NCBI GenBank assembly: GCA_001872735.1
Contig: MNWT01000004.1
Location: 32,364 to 96,363 of the forward strand
Length of the DNA stretch: 64,000 bases
Origin: Verrucomicrobia bacterium CG1_02_43_26
Lineage (GTDB): Bacteria > Verrucomicrobiota > Verrucomicrobiia > Opitutales > CG1-02-43-26
Reading direction: 5' to 3'
Shown here: positions 54,908-64,000 of the stretch, in pieces
Position numbering within the stretch: position 1 is the stretch's first letter
Layout: the number at the start of each line of letters is the position of its first letter
Made by a program: the position numbers and the translations under genes
Notes under the pieces: generated by a model
The model's database searches: none
Told to the model about the DNA's origin: nothing
What the model saw: the letters and a program-made list of their open reading frames with translations, nothing else

Positions 54908-56245
54908 ATGGCACAGTGTATTTGGATAAAGAACGGACAAGTCATTGACCCCGCAAACAAACGTAACGAAACAAGCGACGTGTACGTTAAAGACGGCAAG
55001 ATTGTTGATACTCTTGATATTGCAGAAAAAGAAAGCGCGCAGATTATTGAAGCAAACGGCTGTGTAGTTTGCCCCGGCTTAATAGATATACATGTGCATT
55101 TCAGAGAACCCGGACAGACCCACAAGGAAACAATTACTTCCGGATCAATGGCTGCGGCAGCAGGCGGTTTTACCACCGTTGTTTGCATGCCAAATACCTC
55201 CCCAGCACTAGATAACGTAGGCACCCTGGAGCTTGTGCAAAAAACGATTAAGCGAGATGCTGTGATCAACGTCCTGCTTACCGGAACGTTAACAATGGGA
55301 CGCAAAGGTGAGGAACTAACACCCATGGGAGCGTTAAAAGACGCGGGCGTCGTAGCGGTTACCGATGACGGGGATTGCATACAATCGAATGCGATTATGC
55401 GACAAGCGATTGAATATGCCTTGATGTTTAATTTGCCCGTAATGGACCACTGCCAGGATGCTTCGTTGACCAGTGGATCCGTGATACATGAAGGCGAATG
55501 GTCGCTGAGACTAGGCCTAAAAGGTTGGCCCAGAGCAGCAGAAGACATTATCGTCGCGAGAAACATAGCCTTATCCGAAAGCACGGGAGCGCATATACAC
55601 ATGCAACATGTGAGTTCTGGGAGCGCGGTGGATTTAATCCGCCAAGCTAAGCGAAAAGGAATACGCGTTACCGCGGAAGCGACCCCTCACCACATAGCAT
55701 TATCCGATTCATGTATTCAAGAATACGATACCCATTTCAAAATGAACCCGCCCTTACGCGAAAAAACGGATCAAGAGGCTATTATTAAAGGACTACTAGA
55801 CGGGACCATTGATATCATCGCTACAGATCACGCGCCTCATGCTAAAGATGAAAAAGATGATACGTTTGATAGTTCTCCATTCGGCATTACCGGACTAGAG
55901 ACCTCGCTACCCGTTTGTTTGGAGACGTTAGTAAACACAGGCAACTGTGACCTATCTTATTTGATAGCTTTAATGACGCATAAACCGGCCGAACTTATCA
56001 ACATAAGCAAAGGAACATTATCTACCGGAGCAGACGCGGACATTACTATTTTTGATCCCCTGGAAACGTTTGTTTACAATAAAACATTCAGCAAATCCAG
56101 GAACTCACCCTGGTGGGGCCAATCGCTTACGGGAAAAGTGAAGTATACGATATGCGCAGGCCGTGTTGTTTACGAAGATGACGCTTCGGCGCAAATTTTT
56201 TCCGCGAAGACCAATAACTCGCGCTCCATTCTGTCGACACTGTAG
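54908..56245 (+). CDS. pyrC: dihydroorotase
   Basis: GLIDIHVHFREPG (HxH), ATDHAPH, and 445 aa typical of the class I enzyme. Confidence 0.9.
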   Translation: MAQCIWIKNGQVIDPANKRNETSDVYVKDGKIVDTLDIAEKESAQIIEANGCVVCPGLIDIHVHFREPGQTHKETITSGSMAAAAGGFTTVVCMPNTSPALDNVGTLELVQKTIKRDAVINVLLTGTLTMGRKGEELTPMGALKDAGVVAVTDDGDCIQSNAIMRQAIEYALMFNLPVMDHCQDASLTSGSVIHEGEWSLRLGLKGWPRAAEDIIVARNIALSESTGAHIHMQHVSSGSAVDLIRQAKRKGIRVTAEATPHHIALSDSCIQEYDTHFKMNPPLREKTDQEAIIKGLLDGTIDIIATDHAPHAKDEKDDTFDSSPFGITGLETSLPVCLETLVNTGNCDLSYLIALMTHKPAELINISKGTLSTGADADITIFDPLETFVYNKTFSKSRNSPWWGQSLTGKVKYTICAGRVVYEDDASAQIFSAKTNNSRSILSTL

Positions 56246-57171
56246 TTTTTGGCCTCCTGTATGCCCGCCTCACGAATACGCTCCTTTAGAGCGTTATCGG
56301 TTAAGATTGCCTCCAGTGCCTTAACAAACTGATCAACATCACCATCGGGCACAACGAGAGCTGTTTTATTATCATGCATATATTGCCCAGCCCCACCACC
56401 GGTGCAACCGACAACGGCGCAACCGCACGCCATGGCCTCTAAAGGCGGGAGCGAGAAGCCCTCCGGGAAAGCCGTAGCCATGAAGACATCGGTACGCTGG
56501 AATTGCTCGATCAATTCATGTTGTTTATAAACGGCATCTAGCCCTAAGATATTGACCCGATTTTTAATTTCCGGGTTTAATTTACCAACGACCCTATTTG
56601 CCAAATCAGCATTTTTAAAATTCAAGAAAATGACTCGATTGACCTCCCTGATAGCGGGGTCTGGTTTAAAAGCAGAGAGATCAATGCCATTCATTACTAA
56701 AAACTTAGGCAATGCGGAATAGTGTGTCGTTTCCTGCAACAATAAGTCTGAAATGCATAATATATGAGTATAGCCCAAAGCTTGAAAGTCAGGGGGATTA
56801 CCTAATCTTTGCTGCACCAAAGATATTCTTGTTTTACATTTAAATTGGCTGACCACGTACGGCATCATTTCGGGAATGATGACAATGTCCTCCTCGCGCA
56901 TTATCTTGAGTGCCTGTTTAAGCGTAATGTGGGGGGTAGCGTGCTCATGATACCCTACGGTAAAGTTTCCCGCGTGAACGGGAAACGCTTGATAACCCTG
57001 TTTGTTTAAAAAATCGCAATGCTGAAGAATAATTTTAACGCCACCTGTAGGAGGAAGCACCCTGCGCTTCAGGTACTTTCTAAAATAATAACGCAAACGA
57101 GATTCCCCTGCTTTACGGAATATATAAGGTGGAGGAATGATATAAAAGAAACGATGCGCTAGCCGACCCAC
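56170..57171 (-). CDS. glycosyltransferase family 1 (GT-B)
   Basis: The C-terminal EGFSLPPLEAMACGCAVVGCTGGGAGQYM is an E-x7-E type motif. The gene has a GTG start and overlaps the pyrC 3' end convergently by 76 nt. Confidence 0.75.
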   Translation of the reverse strand: MGRLAHRFFYIIPPPYIFRKAGESRLRYYFRKYLKRRVLPPTGGVKIILQHCDFLNKQGYQAFPVHAGNFTVGYHEHATPHITLKQALKIMREEDIVIIPEMMPYVVSQFKCKTRISLVQQRLGNPPDFQALGYTHILCISDLLLQETTHYSALPKFLVMNGIDLSAFKPDPAIREVNRVIFLNFKNADLANRVVGKLNPEIKNRVNILGLDAVYKQHELIEQFQRTDVFMATAFPEGFSLPPLEAMACGCAVVGCTGGGAGQYMHDNKTALVVPDGDVDQFVKALEAILTDNALKERIREAGIQEAKNYSVDRMERELLVFAEKICAEASSS

Positions 57172-59432
57172 TTTTTATATTTATTCGTAAGTTTGCCTAT
57201 TTTTTTGCGAACAGCAGCAACTTGCTCTTTCTCAAGGAAAGATTGTACCAAGGTCTTAGAATGCTTGCGGTATGCTTTAGAAATCTTCAGAACCTGACTC
57301 TGAATGTTTTTCATAACAATCCGAGAGACAAGCGGCTTTGAGAAATTCAAGACTGCGGTCATTGCCGGGATTTCTGAATTATAGATCAGTTCCATGGTTT
57401 GCCTTAAGTCGCTATAAAGCGTAACATCCTCGTGTATGACTAATACCGTGATATCGGCTTGAAGCGCTAAGTACTGTGTTAATGGCCGTTCCAATATGGT
57501 ACCGGAATCAATAAAGATGAAATCGTAGACACCCTTAGCAGATGCGATCATATGAGCCAACTCTCGATATTGAGCGTTGTTCCATGTTATTTTACGAAAA
57601 ACAGCAACGTCTATTTTTCTTTCCGGATCAAACAAGATACAATCTTCCCAACCGACCTCTCCTCGGATATAATTTTCCAAATAATAATCCGGCGGATTAA
57701 GGTTAAGCAACCTACCGATGGACGGATGTAAATTATCAGCTTCGATTAACAAAACCCGAGGACAAAAATTCGTCATTGCGTGGGCAACGTTAATGATCGT
57801 TTCCGTAACGCCACTACCACGCTCAAGCCCAGTGAATATGGCGCATTTACTACCATGTACTTTTCGCTCCTTATCCAAACGGATGGCCAAACGCCTTAAA
57901 GAGGACACGGTAGGGTGAATAGGAATATCTAAAGTTGCACGTACGTAAGGTTTTTCAGAGGAACGCAAATCGTATTCAACAATGGGATCCGGAGCAATTC
58001 TGCCCAAGGCGCGGTTCAGTTCAACGCTCCTACGGATACGGTCATCCATAACATCATATACAAAAACAGGGAAACCGACTATGCCAAACGCAAAGACAAA
58101 ACAGACCGCAAGGATCTTTCTAAAACTTGTCCTAGCAGGGAAATAAGGTGCCCTGGCTTTGGATTCAATCGAGATACGCGCAGGTGCTTTAGAATCGGCA
58201 TATAAGTCTTGAATTTTGCTCTCCAGTGGAACAATTCTCTCTCTCAGATCCTTAACCTCTGCCTCCATACGCGTTCCCTCGCGCATTTTTCCGGAAGTAT
58301 CTCTTGTCTGCGCGCGTACCTCTTCTAACGAAGCATGCATCGTTTCCTCCGCGGAAACCGCTGCTTTATACTTAGCTTCAGATTCGATGAGCATCTTCTT
58401 CAGATCATAATCACGTTGCTCTCGGATAATTTTACGATCCCTTGCCGTAACATTCTCAAGGTGGTTTTTCAGATAGTTTTGCATGCTCTCCATGCGCTCT
58501 TCAACAAACTTGCGATCAGGATTTTCTTTAGCAATACCATGGATAGAAGCGCGCATATCCTGCATCATCTGATAGGTCCAAAATTGTATTGACCATATTG
58601 ATTCGTCACGGGCAACCATCTCATCTGCAGCCGCATCTGGTGATAGTTTTTCCACAGCCGTAACAATTTCAATCGCAGACCTGTAGTCGGCTTCGGCATT
58701 GAAGCGAGCGGCACTAATCATGGCATAGGACTCCTCGAGGGAAGAAAGCCTGTCATAATACATATTAAACTGCTCGCTAAAAGAGCTACTACCGGTTTCT
58801 TTAACAAGTTGATAAAGTTTTTTCTCCCTTTCGATTAACGCTTCGGCAAGTTCCTTTTGTTTTCCAAGCAAGTAAGCAAAGCGCCTGGAGTTAAGCTGCT
58901 CCTGATCGTCTCTTTGCTTATTGATGTAGACCTCCATGATCTGATTAATCATTTCAGCTATACCCTCGGGCTCAAGGGATTCCATACTTAGGCGAATAAG
59001 ATGGGTTCCGTCAACATGAGCTACCAAAAAATTTCTTTGTAAAATCGTAATATTAGTCTCTATCGGTAAAGCTGGGTCGAGAAAGGTAGGCCACTCGTTT
59101 TCAGGTAGCTCTAATAAAGCGGCTTTAAGGGTATCATATGATTGGATGATTCTGGCCTGGGTACTTGCGTAATCATCAAAATAATTTGAAATAGACATAG
59201 GGTCTGTTTCCCCACTCACGGAAGAAACAACACGAGCGATTTGCAAAAAGCCCTCTGATTCGTAGTAAGTTTTACTGAGAATAAGGGCAAACGGAAGCAA
59301 TAAAATAAAAAGGAGAAGACCAACGATAGAAACGGGTATAGTTCGCTTTAATACAAAGTAAAAAATATCGAACCCCTTTTTAGGATTACCAGCAAGATTG
59401 CTTTCAAATTCTGGATTTTCTGTATTATTCAT
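57159..59432 (-). CDS. Wzc/GumC-like polysaccharide co-polymerase with a degenerate BY-kinase-like C-terminal domain
   Basis: It has an N-terminal TM helix, a long coiled periplasmic region, a second TM helix (ILAVCFVFAFGIVGFPVFVY), then a P-loop-like domain. That domain has VLLIEAD and DFIFIDSG, but its Walker A reads GLERGSGVTET, with no Lys. Confidence 0.75.
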   Translation of the reverse strand: MNNTENPEFESNLAGNPKKGFDIFYFVLKRTIPVSIVGLLLFILLLPFALILSKTYYESEGFLQIARVVSSVSGETDPMSISNYFDDYASTQARIIQSYDTLKAALLELPENEWPTFLDPALPIETNITILQRNFLVAHVDGTHLIRLSMESLEPEGIAEMINQIMEVYINKQRDDQEQLNSRRFAYLLGKQKELAEALIEREKKLYQLVKETGSSSFSEQFNMYYDRLSSLEESYAMISAARFNAEADYRSAIEIVTAVEKLSPDAAADEMVARDESIWSIQFWTYQMMQDMRASIHGIAKENPDRKFVEERMESMQNYLKNHLENVTARDRKIIREQRDYDLKKMLIESEAKYKAAVSAEETMHASLEEVRAQTRDTSGKMREGTRMEAEVKDLRERIVPLESKIQDLYADSKAPARISIESKARAPYFPARTSFRKILAVCFVFAFGIVGFPVFVYDVMDDRIRRSVELNRALGRIAPDPIVEYDLRSSEKPYVRATLDIPIHPTVSSLRRLAIRLDKERKVHGSKCAIFTGLERGSGVTETIINVAHAMTNFCPRVLLIEADNLHPSIGRLLNLNPPDYYLENYIRGEVGWEDCILFDPERKIDVAVFRKITWNNAQYRELAHMIASAKGVYDFIFIDSGTILERPLTQYLALQADITVLVIHEDVTLYSDLRQTMELIYNSEIPAMTAVLNFSKPLVSRIVMKNIQSQVLKISKAYRKHSKTLVQSFLEKEQVAAVRKKIGKLTNKYKKWVG

Positions 59433-59493
59433 CCGATTTTAGCGGGGCAATTTTCTATAGTGTAGCAAGAAGTATAAGCTTTTCAACACAATA

Positions 59494-60660
59494 CTAATTA
59501 CTACCATTAACAAATCCGGTTTGTCCAAACAGTTCTTTTCGAACCTCTTGCATAACGCCAAAATCTTCTGCAATACCTGTTCCGAGGCTTATTAACTGGA
59601 CAGTGGGAGTAACACTTTGAATGAAATAATTCCATTTAGAGAGATCTTGTTGACCAACAAAAATGATGTCGTGATTTCTTAGGATAAAGTTATTGGAAAA
59701 ATTAGCATTAACAAGCAATTCCCGAAGGTCGACATTGCGAACATAACCCTTTCTGTCCTTTTCTCTGACGATATAAACACGACCCGCATCGGCATCTATG
59801 AGAGGTCCACCCGCGAACATCAATGCGTCAAGCAACGTTAATTTTGTCTTTAAACGAACGGCTCCTGGGTTTTTCACTTCACCCATGACATAGACTACTT
59901 CATCCTCACTTTCAGGAATAAAAATAATATCATCATTTTTAATACGCATGTTATAAGCGATATTACCGTTATTTAAAAGCTCACGCAAATCGACCCAGAA
60001 AATGGTATTCTTTCCTCGAACAATTGAGCATTTCGTCAAAAAAGATTCTGTCGCTAAAATAGGCAAACCACCGGCCAACGAAAGCGCCTCCATGAGCGTC
60101 CCTTTACCCGAAAAGCGGACAATACCAGGATTAGCAACACGCCCTAACACAAACGCCTTATTATTGTTATAAGTTCTAATTTTTATGACAACCTCTGGAT
60201 CTGTATAGAAAGGCCTTAGTGCTGCTGTCACATTAATCGTAACTTCATCTAACGTAAGGCCGTTAACATTTAAATAACCTGCTCTGGAAACCGATATTGT
60301 ACCATCCGGCGAAACCGTAACATCGTTATCCGAGACCTCTGGCCGTTTCCAAACTTGGATACTCAGGACATCTCCGGGGCCAAATTTGTAGGTATCATCG
60401 ATATCATCACCCGCTTGTTGAATTTCTTTGGGTGTCGTATAATTGACTCTGTCTCCTATTTCGGAGTAAAAGACATCCTTCATCATACGAACGGTTTCAT
60501 CCTGAGGCGCGCTGGAAGCGTACTTACTAAAGTCCTCTTCCTTACCCTCGTTATCGAATACACCTGGCTGCATTTTGGCATAACGTGAGTGGGAGCACCC
60601 CGATAGGAGGGCGACCAAGAACAGGACAAACAGGATATGGGCTTTTTTTATTTTAGGCAT
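59494..60660 (-). CDS. Wza-like polysaccharide export lipoprotein
   Basis: It has the lipobox LLSGCS, the Poly_export block FGPGDVLSIQVW, and repeated SLBB-like segments (GEVKNPG...L.LLDAL..AGG). Confidence 0.85.
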   Translation of the reverse strand: MPKIKKAHILFVLFLVALLSGCSHSRYAKMQPGVFDNEGKEEDFSKYASSAPQDETVRMMKDVFYSEIGDRVNYTTPKEIQQAGDDIDDTYKFGPGDVLSIQVWKRPEVSDNDVTVSPDGTISVSRAGYLNVNGLTLDEVTINVTAALRPFYTDPEVVIKIRTYNNNKAFVLGRVANPGIVRFSGKGTLMEALSLAGGLPILATESFLTKCSIVRGKNTIFWVDLRELLNNGNIAYNMRIKNDDIIFIPESEDEVVYVMGEVKNPGAVRLKTKLTLLDALMFAGGPLIDADAGRVYIVREKDRKGYVRNVDLRELLVNANFSNNFILRNHDIIFVGQQDLSKWNYFIQSVTPTVQLISLGTGIAEDFGVMQEVRKELFGQTGFVNGSN

Positions 60661-61659
60661 TTATTTCACTCGATTTCTCAATCCAGAACCAGACATGACT
60701 CCAAAGACATAACGCATAATTCCGAAAAATTGGGGAATAACAACAAAACTACAATGCCAAGCATATCTTTTTGCGCTAATATAGTCTATTTTTTTATTTT
60801 CCCTAAAATAATCAATACGAAAAAGCCTCGGATATAATAATAAGCATAAGCCCAGCAAAAATATAAGGATGCCGACCATTTGCCCAAAGAGCAAGCAAAT
60901 GAAGGCAACGAAAGATAACCCCACAAAACCACCGCCACGAGCCATTATACGGCCTAGTTCATACACCCAAAAAGAACCCTTCCTTAGGCCATGAGCCCCG
61001 CATATGGCAGCATAACCATAACCCGAACGGTATGCACGTTTCCAATACTGACCGAAAGATTTCATTGCAATGTTGTGGCGGCCCATGGGCGCGTCTATAT
61101 GAATAATTTTCCAGTGATTTAATTTGTGAATGCGTTGGCTTAGATCGGGATCCTCTCCAACAATCCAGTCCTCTCGATAGCCTCCCGTTTCTTGCAAAAT
61201 AGATCTACGCATAAACACGTTTCCACCAAAAGCCTGGGATTCTCCGGGGTCTGCCCCCCACTCTAAATGCGCGATAAAATGGTAAATATTAGCCTTAGGA
61301 AATACTTCATGCAAATTACCGCTAATCGCGCCGATATTATCCTCAATTGCATGTGTCGCGAAGTTAAGCCAATCGGGATGAAGTTCTGTATCTGAATCCA
61401 GAAACTGTACCCACTCAGCGTTGCCCGCCCTCCATCCGGCATTTCGCCCCATTCCGGGAGTTGGATATTTTGTATCGAGCTCGATAATCTCGATTGAAGG
61501 AAATCGCCCGGCGATACTCACACTACTATCTCGAGAGCCCCCATCAACGTAATATATTTGTAATTCACTCAGAGGATAATTGCTGTTCAATACGCTCTCT
61601 ATACAGCTCTTCAATGTATTTTCCGTATTAATTCCTATGATAACAACATCAATTTTCAT
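60661..61659 (-). CDS. glycosyltransferase family 2 with C-terminal TM segments
   Basis: VVIIGINTENTL, YYVDGGSRDSS, FLDSDTEL (DxD), and a C-terminal hydrophobic region. Confidence 0.85.
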   Translation of the reverse strand: MKIDVVIIGINTENTLKSCIESVLNSNYPLSELQIYYVDGGSRDSSVSIAGRFPSIEIIELDTKYPTPGMGRNAGWRAGNAEWVQFLDSDTELHPDWLNFATHAIEDNIGAISGNLHEVFPKANIYHFIAHLEWGADPGESQAFGGNVFMRRSILQETGGYREDWIVGEDPDLSQRIHKLNHWKIIHIDAPMGRHNIAMKSFGQYWKRAYRSGYGYAAICGAHGLRKGSFWVYELGRIMARGGGFVGLSFVAFICLLFGQMVGILIFLLGLCLLLYPRLFRIDYFRENKKIDYISAKRYAWHCSFVVIPQFFGIMRYVFGVMSGSGLRNRVK

Positions 61660-61662
61660 AAG

Positions 61663-62634
61663 TTACTTCCAAGGTTTTTCCGGGGAAATTTTTCCGAATC
61701 TTGTTTCACGCAGAGATGCCATAATAAGTGCCATCAGGGCTGCTGCATTTTGCCGCTTGAGTTGACGATGCGGCCTTATTAAATTAACAATCCAGCGGAG
61801 TGCGTGCCAAAGGAGTTCTATGCCCATATTGCTTAAAACGGACAAACAGCCATAATTTTTTCTAAAATAGAGACACTCGGCCAACATTCTAAATTTTACG
61901 ATCTGAGCGGACCCTTGATCAAATAATTTATCCTTAACCGTCTTGCTGCTTGCGCCACCTTCATGCGTGATGATTATTTGCGGAACAAACATGACCTTCC
62001 AGCCGTTTTGCTTTGCCCTAAGGCATAAATCCGTCTCCTCGTAGTAGAGGAAAAAGCGTTTATCCAGAAAACCAATTTCATCCAACATTGCCTTGCGGAT
62101 GCAAAAAAAAGCACCTGGAACCCAGTCCACTTCAATTGTCGAATTGTAATCGAACCATTTGTAGTCTCCATTACCAAAAAACTTGATGTGACGATAACGA
62201 TCGCTTAGCCCTGATATCATTAAAAATTTATACCACGCGTTAGGAAAACGCCTTGCTGAGGGAACCGTATTGCCCGTTGTGTCCAAAACCTTACCGCCAC
62301 AGATACCGCATTCGGGAGTATCATCCATAAAGGCTCTCGCGACCTGAAAGGCATCGTTCAGGACAACGGCATCCGGATTGACTAAATAAATATAATCACC
62401 CTTACATTGCCTGTAAGCTTGTGCGTTTGCTGCCGCAAAGCCTAGATTTTCCTTATTTTCGATTAATACGACATCGGAAAATTTTGATTTAACCATCTCA
62501 GCAGAACCATCCATCGAATTATTATCAACTACGATAATTTCGGAAGAAATGCTCTCTAAAGCGCTACAAACACTGCTTAAGCATGCCGATAGATCATGCT
62601 TGGTATTGTAGCTGACAATAATAACGGAATCCAT
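61663..62634 (-). CDS. glycosyltransferase family 2
   Basis: SVIIVSYNT, IVVDNNSMDGS, YLVNPDAVV, and YYEETDLCLRAKQNGW (rhamnosyltransferase-like GT2 pattern). Confidence 0.85.
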   Translation of the reverse strand: MDSVIIVSYNTKHDLSACLSSVCSALESISSEIIVVDNNSMDGSAEMVKSKFSDVVLIENKENLGFAAANAQAYRQCKGDYIYLVNPDAVVLNDAFQVARAFMDDTPECGICGGKVLDTTGNTVPSARRFPNAWYKFLMISGLSDRYRHIKFFGNGDYKWFDYNSTIEVDWVPGAFFCIRKAMLDEIGFLDKRFFLYYEETDLCLRAKQNGWKVMFVPQIIITHEGGASSKTVKDKLFDQGSAQIVKFRMLAECLYFRKNYGCLSVLSNMGIELLWHALRWIVNLIRPHRQLKRQNAAALMALIMASLRETRFGKISPEKPWK

Positions 62635-63014
62635 GTACGGGAGTTAATATTTTGCCCGAGCCCGGGCAAATACTCCCCTAATCATGAAAACGTTCTTAAA
62701 ATTAAGCAAGTCCTTACTGCTAATAGCGATACAGAAAAAAACACCCCTATGCGAAGAGCTTACCCCTTATGATCCCAAAGACCTCGGGTTGCCTGCTTGC
62801 CCCTCTTTGTTTTTTGCCGAGGATGGAAATGCATCTTTTTCTTTTCTTTTGCGTTATACTCATCCTTCAACTTATGGACATCCGATTTACCGCCATGCAC
62901 AAGCTTATTTGCCTTTTCAAAATATTGCCCTGATACAAAAAACATATAATACCTTCGTTAAGTTCTACCCCAATATAACGCATGAATATTGATATCTCAA
63001 AAAAAACCTCTGTT

Positions 63015-63992
63015 TTATTGCAACACAGATTTCAATTCTTCCGGGCTATTCACGTATGGCAATTGGGCTTCGAGGTGAAACAGTTTGATAAATTTTTTTA
63101 TTTGATCGGACGGTTGCAAAAAAATGTAGCGAACGTGGTGTCGCCTGCAATAGCGAGCTAATTGAGCCATTCGCCCTAAGCCTGCGCTGTCTACCGCAGT
63201 TACCTCACTCAAATCGCATAAAACAGGGAAATCCCAAGACTCGGGCCACTGGAGGTCGTATACCAAATCCTGCGTCAAATCGCCCTTCCAGCGCAAATAA
63301 GCAAACCCCTCCTCGCTCACCTTAATAGGAGCCTGCGGTATAGCGTTATGCTCTTTTCGTTTAAGTAAGCGAAACTGATACCACGTCATACGCCCAAAAA
63401 AGAGAAAATCCCTTAAATACCGCTTTGTCAATCTAGCCGGATCAGTAATCAGGCGCCAAAGCCATTCCAAACTGCACGATTGCATCCATTTAGGCGCTCG
63501 TATTTGCTTTCCCGCAATAAAATCCAAACTTGCGCCCACACCTAACGTGAGCGGCACACCTGTTTCTTTATAATAGCGGTGGATCCATAACTCTTGCTTA
63601 GGGCATCCGAATGCAACCATTAATAAATCAGGTTGCGCAGCTTTTATTCGGGTAATGATTTGCGCGTTATCCCAGCTATCAATTTCCCCATAAGGAGGAG
63701 ATTCGTGCCCCGCGATCCTTAAGTCAGGTAACGTTACCTGGAGCTTTTTTATCAATTCCTGGAGTGTTTTGGGATCGGATCCTAAAAAATATATCTTCTT
63801 ATTTAATAATGAACATAATTCCAGTAATTTTGGCGTTAAATCTGAACCCGCGATGCGGTGTCGCAGGGGTTGGCCAAATAGACGAGAAAGCCAGACAAGC
63901 GGCATACCATCGCAAAATATAGTTCCCGCAAAAAAGAGAATCTCCCGTAATTCAGGATTCTCAAAAGCTTTTTCCGTAAAATCCACATTCAC
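63015..63992 (-). CDS. WecG/TagA/CpsF-family glycosyltransferase fused to a C-terminal STAS domain (N-terminus probably beyond the window edge)
   Basis: The GT part has FCDGMPLVWLSRLFG, VAFGCPKQELWI, GVGASLDFIAGKQIRAPKWMQSCSLEWLWRLITDPARLTKRY. The C-terminal ~100 aa read LRWKGDLTQ...VLCDLSEVTAVDSAGLGRMAQLARYCRRHHVRYIFLQPSDQIKKFIKL, which is STAS-like. There is no in-frame stop between 63992 and the window end. Confidence 0.8.
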   Translation of the reverse strand: MNVDFTEKAFENPELREILFFAGTIFCDGMPLVWLSRLFGQPLRHRIAGSDLTPKLLELCSLLNKKIYFLGSDPKTLQELIKKLQVTLPDLRIAGHESPPYGEIDSWDNAQIITRIKAAQPDLLMVAFGCPKQELWIHRYYKETGVPLTLGVGASLDFIAGKQIRAPKWMQSCSLEWLWRLITDPARLTKRYLRDFLFFGRMTWYQFRLLKRKEHNAIPQAPIKVSEEGFAYLRWKGDLTQDLVYDLQWPESWDFPVLCDLSEVTAVDSAGLGRMAQLARYCRRHHVRYIFLQPSDQIKKFIKLFHLEAQLPYVNSPEELKSVLQ

Positions 63993-64000
63993 GGTTACAA

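Noticed and set aside
54020-55602. Large antisense ORFs inside pyrB and pyrC (54020..54634 at 204 aa; 54850..55602 at 250 aa).
   Set aside because: They lie opposite well-supported enzymes, have low-complexity Ser/Ala/Thr-rich translations, and show no recognisable motifs. They are typical shadow ORFs.
62684-62992. ORFs in the EPS-locus gap (102 aa on the plus strand; 61 aa on the minus strand).
   Set aside because: They have no recognisable motifs, they mutually overlap on opposite strands, and their composition is atypical. I treat the region as non-coding pending expression data.

Overview
The window is a 64-kb bacterial chromosomal segment with moderate GC. The gene content is consistent with a PVC-type (Verrucomicrobia/Lentisphaerae-like) organism, but I cannot prove this without a database search. 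All calls come from reading the supplied ORF translations and the raw sequence, using motifs I recognise; no BLAST or HMM search was run.

The outer parts are mostly housekeeping:
- KAS plus ACP, family-B DNA polymerase, zwf plus an OpcA-like gene, yraN, glgA.
- phoH-pgpH-ybeY-DUF502-recO, hemC, a DEAD-box helicase, GTP-type PEPCK, pyrB-pyrC.
- tRNA-Val(TAC) and tRNA-Ser(GGA).

The right end (56.2-64 kb) is a minus-strand exopolysaccharide locus: GT1, a Wzc-like protein, Wza, two GT2 genes, and a TagA/WecG-STAS fusion.

The centre (about 31.7-49.4 kb) looks accessory. Most notable are three paralogous, visibly AT-richer genes that share a previously unrecognised N-terminal module. This module is fused either to non-canonical 41-residue ankyrin-like repeats or to helical repeats. 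One pair sits in a tandem duplication that carried along a 3' remnant of the neighbouring symporter gene.

Other unusual items:
- A tightly coupled operon of a membrane-anchored NB-ARC/STAND-like ATPase, an orphan CheD and two HDOD proteins.
- A CopA multicopper oxidase fused to a CopB-like outer-membrane domain.
- A PD-(D/E)XK nuclease fused to an XPD/DinG-type helicase.
- Dispersed palindromic repeat families, stacked intergenic hairpins and an SD-sequestering leader.

I saw no CRISPR array, rRNA, transposase or integrase.
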